IMG/VR virus record: IMGVR_UViG_3300036909_000003
Location: 1-25,049 of that record
DNA: 25,049 nt
Direction: 5' to 3' (one strand)
Source: a virus
Lineage: Duplodnaviria; Caudoviricetes
Part shown: one piece after another, positions 1-9,341 of the stretch
Layout of the letters: each line of letters begins with the position of its first letter
Position numbering within the stretch: the first letter of the stretch is position 1
Made by a program: the position numbers and the translations under genes
The notes under the pieces: generated by a model
Seen by the model: the letters and a program-made list of their open reading frames with translations, nothing else
The model's database searches: none
Told to the model about the DNA's origin: nothing

Positions 1-432
1 TACGCTGGTTGAATTGGCGTCCGTGTTGGGCGTACCAGCATTGAGCATATTGCTAGGCCATGCGAACGTGTGACCTCCTGCGCTGTCCTGCACGATACGA
101 ACGACGATGATTGTCGGGCCTGACGCGCCATTGATAAACGTGCTGCTGATGACATTTCCGTTCAGGACGATCTTGAATTGAAGGCCCTGCGTTGCGTTGA
201 TGATAGGAGTCGCGGAGAATGGAATCAAAACGAGTCCCACAGGTATCACCCCCGCGATATATCCCGCCGTCAATGAACCGCTGATGGTCACATTTCCAGA
301 GACATTGAGTCCACTAATAGCCCGCGTCCCATTCAGAAATTGGTCAAGGAGCGCCCACCCTGCATTTGTAGGACCGCCCCAGTTGTTAGAGCCAATCGAA
401 GGCTGCGGAAATCCTAGACTCGTGTTCGGCAT
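1..432 (-). CDS. Tail fibre/adhesin-like protein, N-terminal 144 aa (runs off the window)
   Basis: Not in the ORF track; translated by hand. ATG at 432 with AAGGAGAG RBS, MPNTSLGFPQPSIGSNNWGG...IVQDSAGGHTFAWPS, open to base 1. Shares a domain with the adjacent 333-aa fibre protein. Confidence 0.75.
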   Translation of the reverse strand, partial: MPNTSLGFPQPSIGSNNWGGPTNAGWALLDQFLNGTRAISGLNVSGNVTISGSLTAGYIAGVIPVGLVLIPFSATPIINATQGLQFKIVLNGNVISSTFINGASGPTIIVVRIVQDSAGGHTFAWPSNMLNAGTPNTDANSTSV

Positions 433-486
433 GATCTCTCCTTAATGTCCAATGGCGATAATATGAGGAGTGGTAATTGTACTATC

Positions 487-1488
487 CTAGTTTCCGATTG
501 CAAGGATCATTGGTGTTACTGTCATGCCGCCGTGATCCGCATTTCTTGCGTAGTAGTAGCTTGCCGCTGTGGACGTTGGCATGCCAACAAGACTCCAACA
601 GGGTGACTCACCGTAGTCTGTGCCCGCAGCCACCCCAGATATTCCTGCCCACACGCAGGCGTTAGGAAACGCAATCGCAAAGTTTGCTGTGTACACTGAA
701 CCTCCTTGGCTGCCACTGAGCGGCAATCCTTTAACCCACTGGAGTATCAAGCCGCCAAGCCAAACTGGAAATTTTATGTACCCTGTGGCCCCTATTGATA
801 CAGCAAACCCCAGCAAACACCAAGCAGTTGTCGCTGCGTTAGTGCTGTTGTCGGAAGACGATACTGTGGGAGCGGTAAGGCCCGCCAGAGCCGCTACAGG
901 GCTCCCGAAAAATACTCCGTTGTTGCTGATGAGAGGAGATACAGCGCGGGCCGTTCCGCCAAGGTCCGCACGGAATAGAATCACGCTCACGGAATTAGGT
1001 GTGGGGTCCGGCTGCACGGTTCCGGTAAATACCGCTGGCCAGTTTACCGTTCGACTGCCCGCCGAGTCCTGCGCAAAATAGAATGCAAGCAACTGACCCG
1101 CCGTGATTCCTGGGCATGACGAGGACGAGATATTCCCGCCCAGCGTCATCTGGAACCCGTTGGATGCCGCCGCGTTGAATGAAGGCGTGGGCGAGTATGC
1201 GACTGAAATCAGATCAGGCAACAGGTCTGCGGTGGTCAGGATATTGGCAAGCACAGCCGCAAGCGCGGAAACTGAAGCGTCCGAGTTCGTAAATCCCTTG
1301 TTAGCAAGCATCTGTCCAAACGCTGCGCAGAATGTAGTAGGCTGATAGGTCGCCTTATTCAGCAACGGCGAAGGAACAATCTGATCGGTTCCGTATCCCG
1401 CGATACGCTGGGCATCTGCAAGATACTGCGCGTCCGTCTCTTGATTAGCTGCGCCCGGATTGAATTGAACGAAGTTCGTTGTCGCCAT
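487..1488 (-). CDS. Tail fibre protein with gp53-like C-terminal domain
   Basis: Follows the baseplate genes. N-terminal SPLLNKATYQ baseplate-attachment segment, APT..SSDNSTNAATTAW fibre motif, C-terminal GYIKFP..GGLILQW...FAIAFPNAC...AIG typical of fibre tips. Confidence 0.8.
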   Translation of the reverse strand: MATTNFVQFNPGAANQETDAQYLADAQRIAGYGTDQIVPSPLLNKATYQPTTFCAAFGQMLANKGFTNSDASVSALAAVLANILTTADLLPDLISVAYSPTPSFNAAASNGFQMTLGGNISSSSCPGITAGQLLAFYFAQDSAGSRTVNWPAVFTGTVQPDPTPNSVSVILFRADLGGTARAVSPLISNNGVFFGSPVAALAGLTAPTVSSSDNSTNAATTAWCLLGFAVSIGATGYIKFPVWLGGLILQWVKGLPLSGSQGGSVYTANFAIAFPNACVWAGISGVAAGTDYGESPCWSLVGMPTSTAASYYYARNADHGGMTVTPMILAIGN

Positions 1489-1495
1489 GATTCAC

Positions 1496-2128
1496 CTATA
1501 CCAAGTGGCCGAGGTCAACCCCGGCGATGAGCGTGTTAGATAGATCGGTTCCGAAAATCGGCTGTTCTGCAAAAGTGTACGTGTACTGCACGGTCGCCTT
1601 GCGCGGAACGATGTAACCGTTGCTGATGAGGTCTTTCACGATAGAAGTGAACGCGCCCGAAAGCACAATTGTGGCAGTCATGTTCTGATTGTCGATGTTC
1701 TCGATTGTTCCGCCAGGGAATAAAGCCTGCCAAATTGGTTGAAGGCTTCCATTTGTTCCGTCCCACTGATTTTTCGCAATCGTCGCCTTGATGAGTATGC
1801 GGTATGTCGCATCGTCAAGAACTGGACTCACACCGCCTGAAGGCTGGAATCCAACCGTTCGGCTTACTCCTGCGATTTCTCCGCAAGTGTCAAGCTGAAT
1901 ACCTACAGCAGAATCCAGATCGAACGCTTCGGTTAGCCCCATGAGCATGTTTGTCGTATCGTTCAGCGGGGAGAGAAGCACACCGAGCCACGAGTTTAGA
2001 TTCGGAGCCATGCGGTATTCGGATGTGAGCAGATTCAGATAATAGCTCACCGGAAGAGAATAGATTGGCCCTGTATCGCCAATGCCATACTTCCCGCGTC
2101 CGTACCCGTTTTGGCTGTAAAGTGGCAT
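1496..2128 (-). CDS. Baseplate wedge protein (DUF2612-like)
   Basis: FDLDSAVGIQLDTCGEIAGVSR and LDDATYRILIKA..KNQWDGT motifs; directly after baseplate J. Confidence 0.85.
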   Translation of the reverse strand: MPLYSQNGYGRGKYGIGDTGPIYSLPVSYYLNLLTSEYRMAPNLNSWLGVLLSPLNDTTNMLMGLTEAFDLDSAVGIQLDTCGEIAGVSRTVGFQPSGGVSPVLDDATYRILIKATIAKNQWDGTNGSLQPIWQALFPGGTIENIDNQNMTATIVLSGAFTSIVKDLISNGYIVPRKATVQYTYTFAEQPIFGTDLSNTLIAGVDLGHLV

Positions 2129-3306
2129 TATGCTTGGCTCACGATGATGTTGGCTGTCACGCCCTGTGCTACCGCGTTGTAGGCAATCGCAATATCGGAA
2201 GTACCTGAAGGGCTGGCCGCGGTTCCCGTAAAGAGTGAGGGGATCGAGAATTGTGGAGTCAAAAGACTTGGCATGACCGACTGCGCCACTGAATACAGCG
2301 ATGAGAACGTGACTGACTCGCCAATCTGGAGGCCGTTAAGATAAGTCACAATCGCGGATTGAATGGACGCGAGAACCGCCGTCGTGTAGCCGTTCAAACC
2401 GTGAATGACCATCGTTGCGTAGATCGGTACGTAGGTTGGACGCGAGAACCCGATTACGGTCGTTTCTGTCGCGCTTGTGCAGGTAACATGCGTGGTCCCA
2501 TTCGTCAACGCACCATCTCCGCGCTTGAGGAAGATTGCATTTGCCACATTGGCATCCGTGCCACCCTCCACAACGGCGGTAATCGAATGCGGTGGGCATC
2601 CGTTCGCATCAGTCACCTCGGTAAAGTTCTCTTCCACCGCATAGCGCGTAACGCCAGATACGGCTGCAATGGCGGCATTGATCGAACCAAGTTGCGTAAT
2701 CGATGGCATGGCCACAGAATAGGCTTGGCGTGCCCTCAGTTGCGAGTCTTCTTCTGTTGGTAGGCCAACGCTTGCCGCCGAGGGATTGGACGCGCTTACC
2801 CACCCCGCCGTAGTGCCACTGGATATTGTGTTGATGCTTCCCGCTTGCGCCTGGATTGCGCCGGCTGTCTCGCAAGTTGCCCCGACTATCACACTTCCAC
2901 CGCTCGGGATGGTGATCGGTGATGCCAAATCCCAGATGTACCCCTGTGTATCCGTAACGGTTCCATTCGTAATGACCGTTCCATAGACGCCAGTGATCGT
3001 TACCGGAGCAGTTGAGTACGAAGCAGCCTGCCGCGCCAAGCCGTTCATCTTCACAATGCTATCAAGGTCTGCACCAACTGCGGTGATTGGCGAACGCGCA
3101 TTGTAGGCAAGTTGACTTCCAAGATTCGTGTCGTAAATTTTCAGTGCGAATATCGAAAGTTCTTGGTACTTCGCTGTATCTGTACCAATATAAACAACTT
3201 GCGGGTAAATTGCCTGATAGTTGCTGATGAGGTCAGAGAGGGTATCAGCGTAGCTTGGAATGACTAGTCCGGCAGTCGGAGATATGTACGGTGCCGTATA
3301 GCTCAT
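2128..3306 (-). CDS. Baseplate J/gp47-like protein
   Basis: TAVGADLD...GLARQAAS, G..EEDSQLRAR and PPHSITAVVEGG motifs; position in the baseplate module. Confidence 0.9.
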   Translation of the reverse strand: MSYTAPYISPTAGLVIPSYADTLSDLISNYQAIYPQVVYIGTDTAKYQELSIFALKIYDTNLGSQLAYNARSPITAVGADLDSIVKMNGLARQAASYSTAPVTITGVYGTVITNGTVTDTQGYIWDLASPITIPSGGSVIVGATCETAGAIQAQAGSINTISSGTTAGWVSASNPSAASVGLPTEEDSQLRARQAYSVAMPSITQLGSINAAIAAVSGVTRYAVEENFTEVTDANGCPPHSITAVVEGGTDANVANAIFLKRGDGALTNGTTHVTCTSATETTVIGFSRPTYVPIYATMVIHGLNGYTTAVLASIQSAIVTYLNGLQIGESVTFSSLYSVAQSVMPSLLTPQFSIPSLFTGTAASPSGTSDIAIAYNAVAQGVTANIIVSQA

Positions 3307-3707
3307 GCATTCACCTGGGCGCTCGAACCGGGCGCATTCGTTATCACAATATTACCAAACGCGGAACTGACAACTGCGCTGAACGTGCTGGCCATCGTTG
3401 CGCTGTTGAATTCAAAGCTAAAATCCACGATTTGCAGCACATACGGGCATGAAAGAATAGTCTGCTGGATGATGAGCATTACCCCGGCCTGATCGGTCGG
3501 TGATCCAGATGCGCCGATAAGCGATTGAAAGAGCGGGAAGCCGATTGTTAGATTCTGAAACCATTCTCCTAATAGGAGTCTCAGTGTTGTATAGATGATC
3601 TGCGCAACCGCATCGAGATCAGCGATAAACACCGGCCCATTCGGTCCCTCGATTGGATCGTTGTTGGCATCATTCTGCTGGACGAGAATTGTTGGCGTTG
3701 TACTCAT
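3303..3707 (-). CDS. Baseplate wedge/sheath initiator (gp25/gp46-like)
   Basis: AVAQIIYTTLRLLLGEWF..LTIGFP motif; lies between spike and J with ATGA overlaps. Confidence 0.75.
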   Translation of the reverse strand: MSTTPTILVQQNDANNDPIEGPNGPVFIADLDAVAQIIYTTLRLLLGEWFQNLTIGFPLFQSLIGASGSPTDQAGVMLIIQQTILSCPYVLQIVDFSFEFNSATMASTFSAVVSSAFGNIVITNAPGSSAQVNA

Positions 3708-4399
3708 TGGGCCTCCAGTACCGACGTTACGGAATTGGTCGGTGGAAGTGGGCCACCATATCCCTTCGATTGCAGGAATGGAAGAATGTTAGCGTTCCAG
3801 TAGTCAAGGAAATTCTTGCTCATCAGAGGAAGTGCCGTTCCTCCACTCGCTAGCACCTTGGTTGCCGGGGCTGTGACCGTCACTCCCGCCTCTGCTACGT
3901 CCACGATGACCGTTCCATCATCAGAACGCAACTGGGCGCTTGTAGTGGAGTAGTTGGCGAGTACGCGGGTTTGGTTGCGCAGCCCGAAATGGGCCTTGGC
4001 GTCTCCGATGTCGTGCCGATAGAGTTTCCCATCCGGCTGCTTCTGCACGCCGCCCGACTGCCACCACATATCGAAAGCCATGTCAGAGAACACGAGGTCG
4101 CACTCGTCTCCTGGTTTGATCGGAAACGTGAGCGAAAAACCACCGCCCATCGGAAGCACAATCGGCACATCGTCAAGGATTGGAAGCGTCACCTGCGTTG
4201 GGACAGCCTTCACGCGAATCTGCTCTTTGATGAGAGGCTGTACAGAAACTACTTGTCTAACGGCGTCAAAGGAAATTACCTCCGCAGGAATCGACACGCG
4301 CAAGTCGCACTCGAACTGGTGGAGAGCCTGAGTGATCGGCGCGGATTCAACCGAAAGCCGGTGCTGGATTGGAACGAGGCCAACGTTAGTTGTTCCCAT
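3704..4399 (-). CDS. Baseplate central spike (Gp138-like N-terminal OB domain)
   Basis: RVSIPAEVISFD...LPILDDVPIVLPMGGGFSLTFPIKPGDECDLVFSD...RHDIGDA. Start reassigned to ATG 4399 (MGTTNV; GGAG upstream) because the longer 321-aa call overlaps the hub gene. Confidence 0.85.
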   Translation of the reverse strand: MGTTNVGLVPIQHRLSVESAPITQALHQFECDLRVSIPAEVISFDAVRQVVSVQPLIKEQIRVKAVPTQVTLPILDDVPIVLPMGGGFSLTFPIKPGDECDLVFSDMAFDMWWQSGGVQKQPDGKLYRHDIGDAKAHFGLRNQTRVLANYSTTSAQLRSDDGTVIVDVAEAGVTVTAPATKVLASGGTALPLMSKNFLDYWNANILPFLQSKGYGGPLPPTNSVTSVLEAQ

Positions 4400-5429
4400 A
4401 AGGCGCTCTCCTGTCCAGTGATGGTCCGTTTGGATTCGTGGCATCGTAGATGTAGGCTGCGCGTCCGCCAACACTCGTAAAGGCCGTAATCTCAGTCTCC
4501 CACTGATTGCCCCGACTGTCGCCGCGATATTGCAATCCATTGACCAGATAGTTACCGTTAGGGTCAAGAATCGGACGATACCCTGGCGGAGTGAATTGAA
4601 GTTGCCGAATGATTGAACTGGAGATGTTGATCTGCATGGGCGGAACGCTAACGCGCAGTCGCGGGTCAAGCGTCACCACTAGATTCACACCGTCCTGCGT
4701 TTGCTGTGGCACCCCAAGAATGCCCGTTGTTGGCGTGTAGGTTATCGTGGTCACTGCGCCAGGATCAGCCATCGTGCTGATTGCAATTCCATTCGATCCG
4801 TACCACGATTGCAGATTGTTTGCCGCCGCCACATCGTCAATGAATTTGTGAGGGTCGCCGAAGAACGGACGGGCGCGGGGAAGCTGAGTTTGCGGAAGCG
4901 CCTGCAATGCGTCCTGTGATCCGGGGTCGATGGGAATAGGCACCTGGGCACCCGCGCACATCTTCGCCACCAGCGCCGATTGCGTCATGTTGGCATTGCC
5001 CCTAAACTGCGCAAAGTTCCCAATTGTTTCTTCAAGGCCGGTGTAGCACATCAGCGTAACCTTGGAATCGATCACTTCAGGCCGCTCATACATGGTCTGG
5101 TAGACAGTGCCAGCGAAGATCACGCCAAACGGGCCAGCCTGGTAACCGGCACTAAGTTCAACCGTGGAACCTTGTCCGTAGATGAACTTTTGTGCCTGAT
5201 CCGCGCTCAAATTATAGAGTTCAATCTTGGCAGTCCAGAACGTTGCATGAGAGGAATAGCCGAGGATGTTTACCTCAAATGATATCTTCATCGTCTCGGG
5301 AGTCCACGCCACCTCAGAGAGCGTATACGTCTGCGATCCCCCAGTTGCATCGGGCGGAGTGGTCACGACCAGCTTCCATGCCTGGCCAAAGTTGGCGATC
5401 TGCGAGACGTTCTGGGCTTTAGTGCTCAT
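4386..5429 (-). CDS. Baseplate hub protein
   Basis: AKIELYNLS, VELSAGY...GVIFAGTV, TGILGVPQQT, GDSRGNQWETEI motifs; position. Confidence 0.8.
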   Translation of the reverse strand: MSTKAQNVSQIANFGQAWKLVVTTPPDATGGSQTYTLSEVAWTPETMKISFEVNILGYSSHATFWTAKIELYNLSADQAQKFIYGQGSTVELSAGYQAGPFGVIFAGTVYQTMYERPEVIDSKVTLMCYTGLEETIGNFAQFRGNANMTQSALVAKMCAGAQVPIPIDPGSQDALQALPQTQLPRARPFFGDPHKFIDDVAAANNLQSWYGSNGIAISTMADPGAVTTITYTPTTGILGVPQQTQDGVNLVVTLDPRLRVSVPPMQINISSSIIRQLQFTPPGYRPILDPNGNYLVNGLQYRGDSRGNQWETEITAFTSVGGRAAYIYDATNPNGPSLDRRAPYGNN

Positions 5430-5761
5430 GCGGTATTATCCACAAGAAGAAGGAAATTCGATCCTAATTCACTGGCGTTAGGGTAGTCATCGGGAACCTG
5501 CCCTAAGTTGATAACGTACCAGCTTCCAATCCCCAGATAACCCTGCTGACAAAGTAGATTAGCGGCGGGCCAGCTTCCGGTGATGAGCGGAATACTCGAC
5601 AAGAGCAGCACTCCAGAAGCGTTATAAATGCTCATCAGCCAATACTGAGCCATCTCACTGAAAGTGATGAACAGCGTAAGACGCACAACAGCCCCATCTA
5701 TATTCAGCGCCACATTGAGCGTCTGATTCGGTGCGTTCGTCAATGGGATGATTTGCGCCAT
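5426..5761 (-). CDS. Small baseplate (plug-like) protein
   Basis: IPLTNAPNQTL...WLMSI...LLSSIPLITG..NLL pattern; lies between Dit-like and hub genes. Confidence 0.7.
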   Translation of the reverse strand: MAQIIPLTNAPNQTLNVALNIDGAVVRLTLFITFSEMAQYWLMSIYNASGVLLLSSIPLITGSWPAANLLCQQGYLGIGSWYVINLGQVPDDYPNASELGSNFLLLVDNTA

Positions 5762-6636
5762 TAGATCACACCGCCCACGTTGTTGCTCGACCAGTTCCCC
5801 GCCCCCTGCAAAATTGCATGAATCGAATCCTGCGAAAGAGTTGGCTCGCCATTCTGCCTAATTACCCCAGGTGGAACTGCGCTCGTTCCGGTCTGGCCGA
5901 TGGCAGTGGAGTCAGTTGTTTGCGGGCGGGCGCTGGTAACCGAGGTCGCCACGCTGAAAAGGTTGATCTGCTGAAACTCTACGGTCGCTCGAAGTCCATA
6001 CCGAGTGCGCACCGTATCGTCAGGCAGCACGTTGAGGATGAACATATTATGGTAGGTCTTCAGCCGAGTCGTCACCTGAAGTGGAACCCGCGCATCCCGC
6101 AGAGCGCAAAGCGTATTGAAGCAAGCAATCGACTTGGACGAATTCCCCACCCATTGACCTGATGCGTATGCCGGTAGAACGTCGGTCATCAGAATATCGA
6201 GAGAAAGATGCGCCGGGTCCAAAACGATGTGATCCGTGAAGTTGGCATTGTCCTGAATCGGGTGCATCGTGGGCCGCGCCTGCTGCGAGTGTGAGGCCCG
6301 CATTACCGCATCGAATACGAGCATCTGCGGAGCGTCAGTAGACGATGTTTCCGATGATCCTGTGACGCTTGCAGTGTTCGACGTAGACTGCGATCCTTGC
6401 GTTTGCGCGGCTGCTATAGCCCCAGCATAGGAAGCAGGAACAGTGAGCATGGTTAGGGCAGGCTGGGACCATTGCGGAGGTCTGAACTGCACGTCAAGGC
6501 CAGAAACGGAACTCGCGATAGAACTATTCCGTGCCGATTGCGCTGCTGCTTCGGTAGTCGATTGCGCATAGACAATAATTCTCCCAGCGCCCGATATGAC
6601 CGCTGCACTAGACGCTGGTAAGGAGATTCCGCCCAT
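5761..6636 (-). CDS. Dit-like tail tube initiator/baseplate protein
   Basis: FDAVMRASHS...TMHPIQDNANFTDH...P and VTTRLKTYHNMFI motifs; immediately after tape measure. Confidence 0.75.
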   Translation of the reverse strand: MGGISLPASSAAVISGAGRIIVYAQSTTEAAAQSARNSSIASSVSGLDVQFRPPQWSQPALTMLTVPASYAGAIAAAQTQGSQSTSNTASVTGSSETSSTDAPQMLVFDAVMRASHSQQARPTMHPIQDNANFTDHIVLDPAHLSLDILMTDVLPAYASGQWVGNSSKSIACFNTLCALRDARVPLQVTTRLKTYHNMFILNVLPDDTVRTRYGLRATVEFQQINLFSVATSVTSARPQTTDSTAIGQTGTSAVPPGVIRQNGEPTLSQDSIHAILQGAGNWSSNNVGGVI

Positions 6637-6637
6637 G

Positions 6638-8194
6638 CTATTGGTAAGCCCCGCTATGTGCTAGAATGAGCCGCCGTGTGTGTTCAGTCAATCCATCGTC
6701 TACTCCCTGCTTTACCGCCTGGGCCGTCTGGTTTGGCGTCATAGCAGAGGCGGGTACGTTTACGATGATCGAACCGACCTGGATACCTGCCGCCGCTTCC
6801 ACCTTGCGGATGTAGTCCTGACCTTGCGGGGAATACTGACTCTTCGCACCACCGTAATCAGCCAGCGCAGCTTCCACATTACCCTGATGCTGCTGTAGCA
6901 GTTGGGCAAGGTAACGCGAACCACCTTCAAGATTCTGCGATGGGTCGTAGGGATTCACACCTAAGCGCCGTGCCGTCGAGGGAAGCAACTGCATCATTCC
7001 CACGGCACGTTCGCCACTGGGATTGTCGGGACCAATCTTCACATTTCCATTGCGGTCGTACTGTTGTCCTCCAGATTCTACTTGCGCAATTCCACGCACG
7101 AGTTTCTGGAAATCATATCCTTGTCCCTGTACAAATCGGTTCATCTGCGCGTTCGGCGCTTCAAATTTATCTCCGCCCCATTCACCAGGAAGTACGGCTG
7201 CCCCGATATTCTCGAATCCGTGTGCAACCCTTACAGCCTCATCCGCTGCTGTGCCCAGTTGTTTCTTTGCATCTGCATACTGTGTGGGACTTCCGTTCAA
7301 TGCCCACATAGCTTTCCCTAGATCCCAAATTGAAGCGACCCCATGAACTCCTACTTGTTCTAATCCCAACATCAATTTAATAGCTTCGCCAACCCAGAAC
7401 ACAACGTGCTCTACAGATTTTGCGAAGCTCTCGAAAGATGCGGTCTTGCGGTCAATGGAATCATCCCCAGAAAGTGTACCTACGAAATCATCGAAGTCAA
7501 CGGAAAGATCAACAAACAGATTGCCAGTTTTCTTGAGAATATCCCACATCTGATTTAATGCTGGTACGAGATCATTTGTAATCTCGTCAGACCAACGCGG
7601 CATGTTGGCAAGAACGAAATCGTTTAATCGCTCAAGCTGTTTGGCAATTCCACCATTTCCGAAACCTAACTTTTCGAGTAGGTCAGACGCAAACTTCATG
7701 CCGAAATACTGGCCCTTTACTTCGAGACGCTGAAGTTGAAACGTCACATCCCGAATCTGGCGCATCTGGTCTTCATAATTAGGACCGAGCATGAGCGCCA
7801 ATTGCTTCTGATCGTCAATGAGCGTGTGAAATCTGTCCTGAAGCTCTTTCGTGCCAAAGAACACATCGTTCAGCGTAACGCCGAGCGTATCGAGCGCAGT
7901 AGTAACGGCGCGATACTGCTGCACGCCCATCATGTTCTGGGTAGCGAGTAGCTTGGTCTTCAGGTCAGCTTGTCCAAGCTTATCAATGTACGCGACAATG
8001 CCAAAACCCACCGTTGCGAAGGCGGTAGTTGCTGCTACCTGGAATTTAAGAAAGTCTCCTGCGATTCCGCCAACGGAAGAGGCTACCGTTTTTTCTGTTC
8101 CAGCGAGAAGATTAGCGAACTTGGCGAAGGATGCCTGGTCTACATTGGTGGATAGCGAGATCAGATAGCTCTTAATTGTGTCGGATTGAGCCAT
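6638..8194 (-). CDS. Tape measure protein with C-terminal lytic transglycosylase (SLT) domain
   Basis: Helical Ala/Leu-rich body; N-terminal IKSYLISL; SLT motifs [40 protein letters not shown]. Confidence 0.9.
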   Translation of the reverse strand: MAQSDTIKSYLISLSTNVDQASFAKFANLLAGTEKTVASSVGGIAGDFLKFQVAATTAFATVGFGIVAYIDKLGQADLKTKLLATQNMMGVQQYRAVTTALDTLGVTLNDVFFGTKELQDRFHTLIDDQKQLALMLGPNYEDQMRQIRDVTFQLQRLEVKGQYFGMKFASDLLEKLGFGNGGIAKQLERLNDFVLANMPRWSDEITNDLVPALNQMWDILKKTGNLFVDLSVDFDDFVGTLSGDDSIDRKTASFESFAKSVEHVVFWVGEAIKLMLGLEQVGVHGVASIWDLGKAMWALNGSPTQYADAKKQLGTAADEAVRVAHGFENIGAAVLPGEWGGDKFEAPNAQMNRFVQGQGYDFQKLVRGIAQVESGGQQYDRNGNVKIGPDNPSGERAVGMMQLLPSTARRLGVNPYDPSQNLEGGSRYLAQLLQQHQGNVEAALADYGGAKSQYSPQGQDYIRKVEAAAGIQVGSIIVNVPASAMTPNQTAQAVKQGVDDGLTEHTRRLILAHSGAYQ

Positions 8195-8441
8195 CTATTT
8201 CGCCTCCTGAGCCGCCCGCCAAGCTCGGAAGTCGGCATCGTTCTTATCCCGAACGTCTAAAAACTCATGCGCATCGCAAAGATCACGGAATGTGAAAACG
8301 CCTTCAACCACATCCCGATGCTTCCAAATTCCTGCGCTCACCGGACGCCATAGAAATGGGTCTAGGCTTGGGTACTCGGTTGGCTCGAATCCGCCGCCGG
8401 AGTCTGGTTCGCGTTCGACCCGGCTGCGGGAAAAAAAGGGG
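8195..8441 (-). CDS. Tail assembly chaperone, frameshifted C-terminal part (gpT-like)
   Basis: Lies in the -1 frame relative to 8362..8862 and is entered at the CCCCTTTTTTT slippery run. FLWRPV..G...TFRDLCDAHEFLD motif; ends 1 nt before the tape measure start. Confidence 0.75.
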
Positions 8442-8862
8442 CGATATTGAAGGCGATGCACTGCTTTGTCAGTTCGAGAGCGGTAGGAGCATCAAACTCA
8501 AGATCGGGAATAGCGTAACGCCCGTCCGCGAACATGATCGGCTTGGCAATCGGCGTACCCAGGCGAGAGTCATAGCGACCGCAAACGCCCAGGCAAAGCG
8601 CCATCACTTCAGCAAGTTCGGTGCGCGAAAGCTGCTCAGTGAGGAAAGCGGCGGTCATTGCAAATCCGACCTCAGGAGGAACGTCAGGAACCTTTACGTC
8701 GAGATCGGGGACCACTACCTGTGGAGGCGTGGGCTGCGATTCCTGAAAGGAGCGATACCGCTTGACGAACGTCGATAAAATCCAGCTTCCATCAGACGCC
8801 TTAAGCATCCCTATGCGGTACTGCTGATCGCCGATAGTCGTATCTTTGTGATCGAAAGGCAT
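8362..8862 (-). CDS. Tail assembly chaperone (gpG-like)
   Basis: Between tube and tape measure; GGAG RBS; ends ...FNIAPFF at the slippery site. Confidence 0.8.
   Translation of the reverse strand: MPFDHKDTTIGDQQYRIGMLKASDGSWILSTFVKRYRSFQESQPTPPQVVVPDLDVKVPDVPPEVGFAMTAAFLTEQLSRTELAEVMALCLGVCGRYDSRLGTPIAKPIMFADGRYAIPDLEFDAPTALELTKQCIAFNIAPFFPAAGSNANQTPAADSSQPSTQA
8431..8441 (-). other. Programmed -1 ribosomal frameshift site
   Basis: Minus strand GCC CCT TTT TTT contains the heptamers C CCT TTT and T TTT TTT. The -1 frame stays open to 8195. Confidence 0.75.
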
Positions 8863-8873
8863 GTGCGCTCCAC

Positions 8874-9329
8874 TTACTGGTTAGCAATGTTGGCTGCGGG
8901 AAGATTCCATTCAATGTACTCGCCCTTGCCGCCGTAAGGCTGCGGAGGCTTCTTCGAGAACGATACGCCGGTGCAGATGTTCTGATCGCCCGTGACGGGA
9001 TTCTGAAGGTCAAGGGCAATCGCCGCCCAGTTGCTTGCGTCCCCATTCGCTACCGCTGTCTGGTGAAGATTCTGCGCAGACTTCAGGTAGGCGTTGAGCG
9101 CCGAGGTCTGCTGGCAGGAAATCTTGACCATGCCATTGAACCCTGGACTTACTGACACCATGACTGCCGCATCCGAAGAATTGTCCTGTTCGGTCCATTC
9201 ATGCGTCATCTCCACGATGATCTTTCCCACACCAAGGTTACCGCCTGCGAGAATGAACGGTCCTGCGAGTGGAGAGGCAATTGCCCCCGTCAAGTCCTTG
9301 AACGAATACGTGGTGGTTCCGTTTGCCAT
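8874..9329 (-). CDS. Tail tube protein (DUF3277-like)
   Basis: TYSFKDLTGAI, GMVKISCQQTSALNAYL, KKPPQPYG..G...EW motifs; follows the sheath. Confidence 0.8.
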   Translation of the reverse strand: MANGTTTYSFKDLTGAIASPLAGPFILAGGNLGVGKIIVEMTHEWTEQDNSSDAAVMVSVSPGFNGMVKISCQQTSALNAYLKSAQNLHQTAVANGDASNWAAIALDLQNPVTGDQNICTGVSFSKKPPQPYGGKGEYIEWNLPAANIANQ

Positions 9330-9341
9330 TACGATCTCCTC

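Noticed and set aside
442-1488. Diversity-generating retroelement or invertase shufflon at the tail fibre
   Set aside because: No reverse transcriptase, recombinase, or ~100-nt template/variable repeat pair in the window; the relic C-terminus is short and its differences are not adenine-specific.
4400-4669. N-terminal extensions in the ORF track (spike to 4669, neck to 12622, RHH to 20158, GT2 to 18714)
   Set aside because: They overlap upstream genes or a promoter; downstream starts have better RBS or stop/start coupling.
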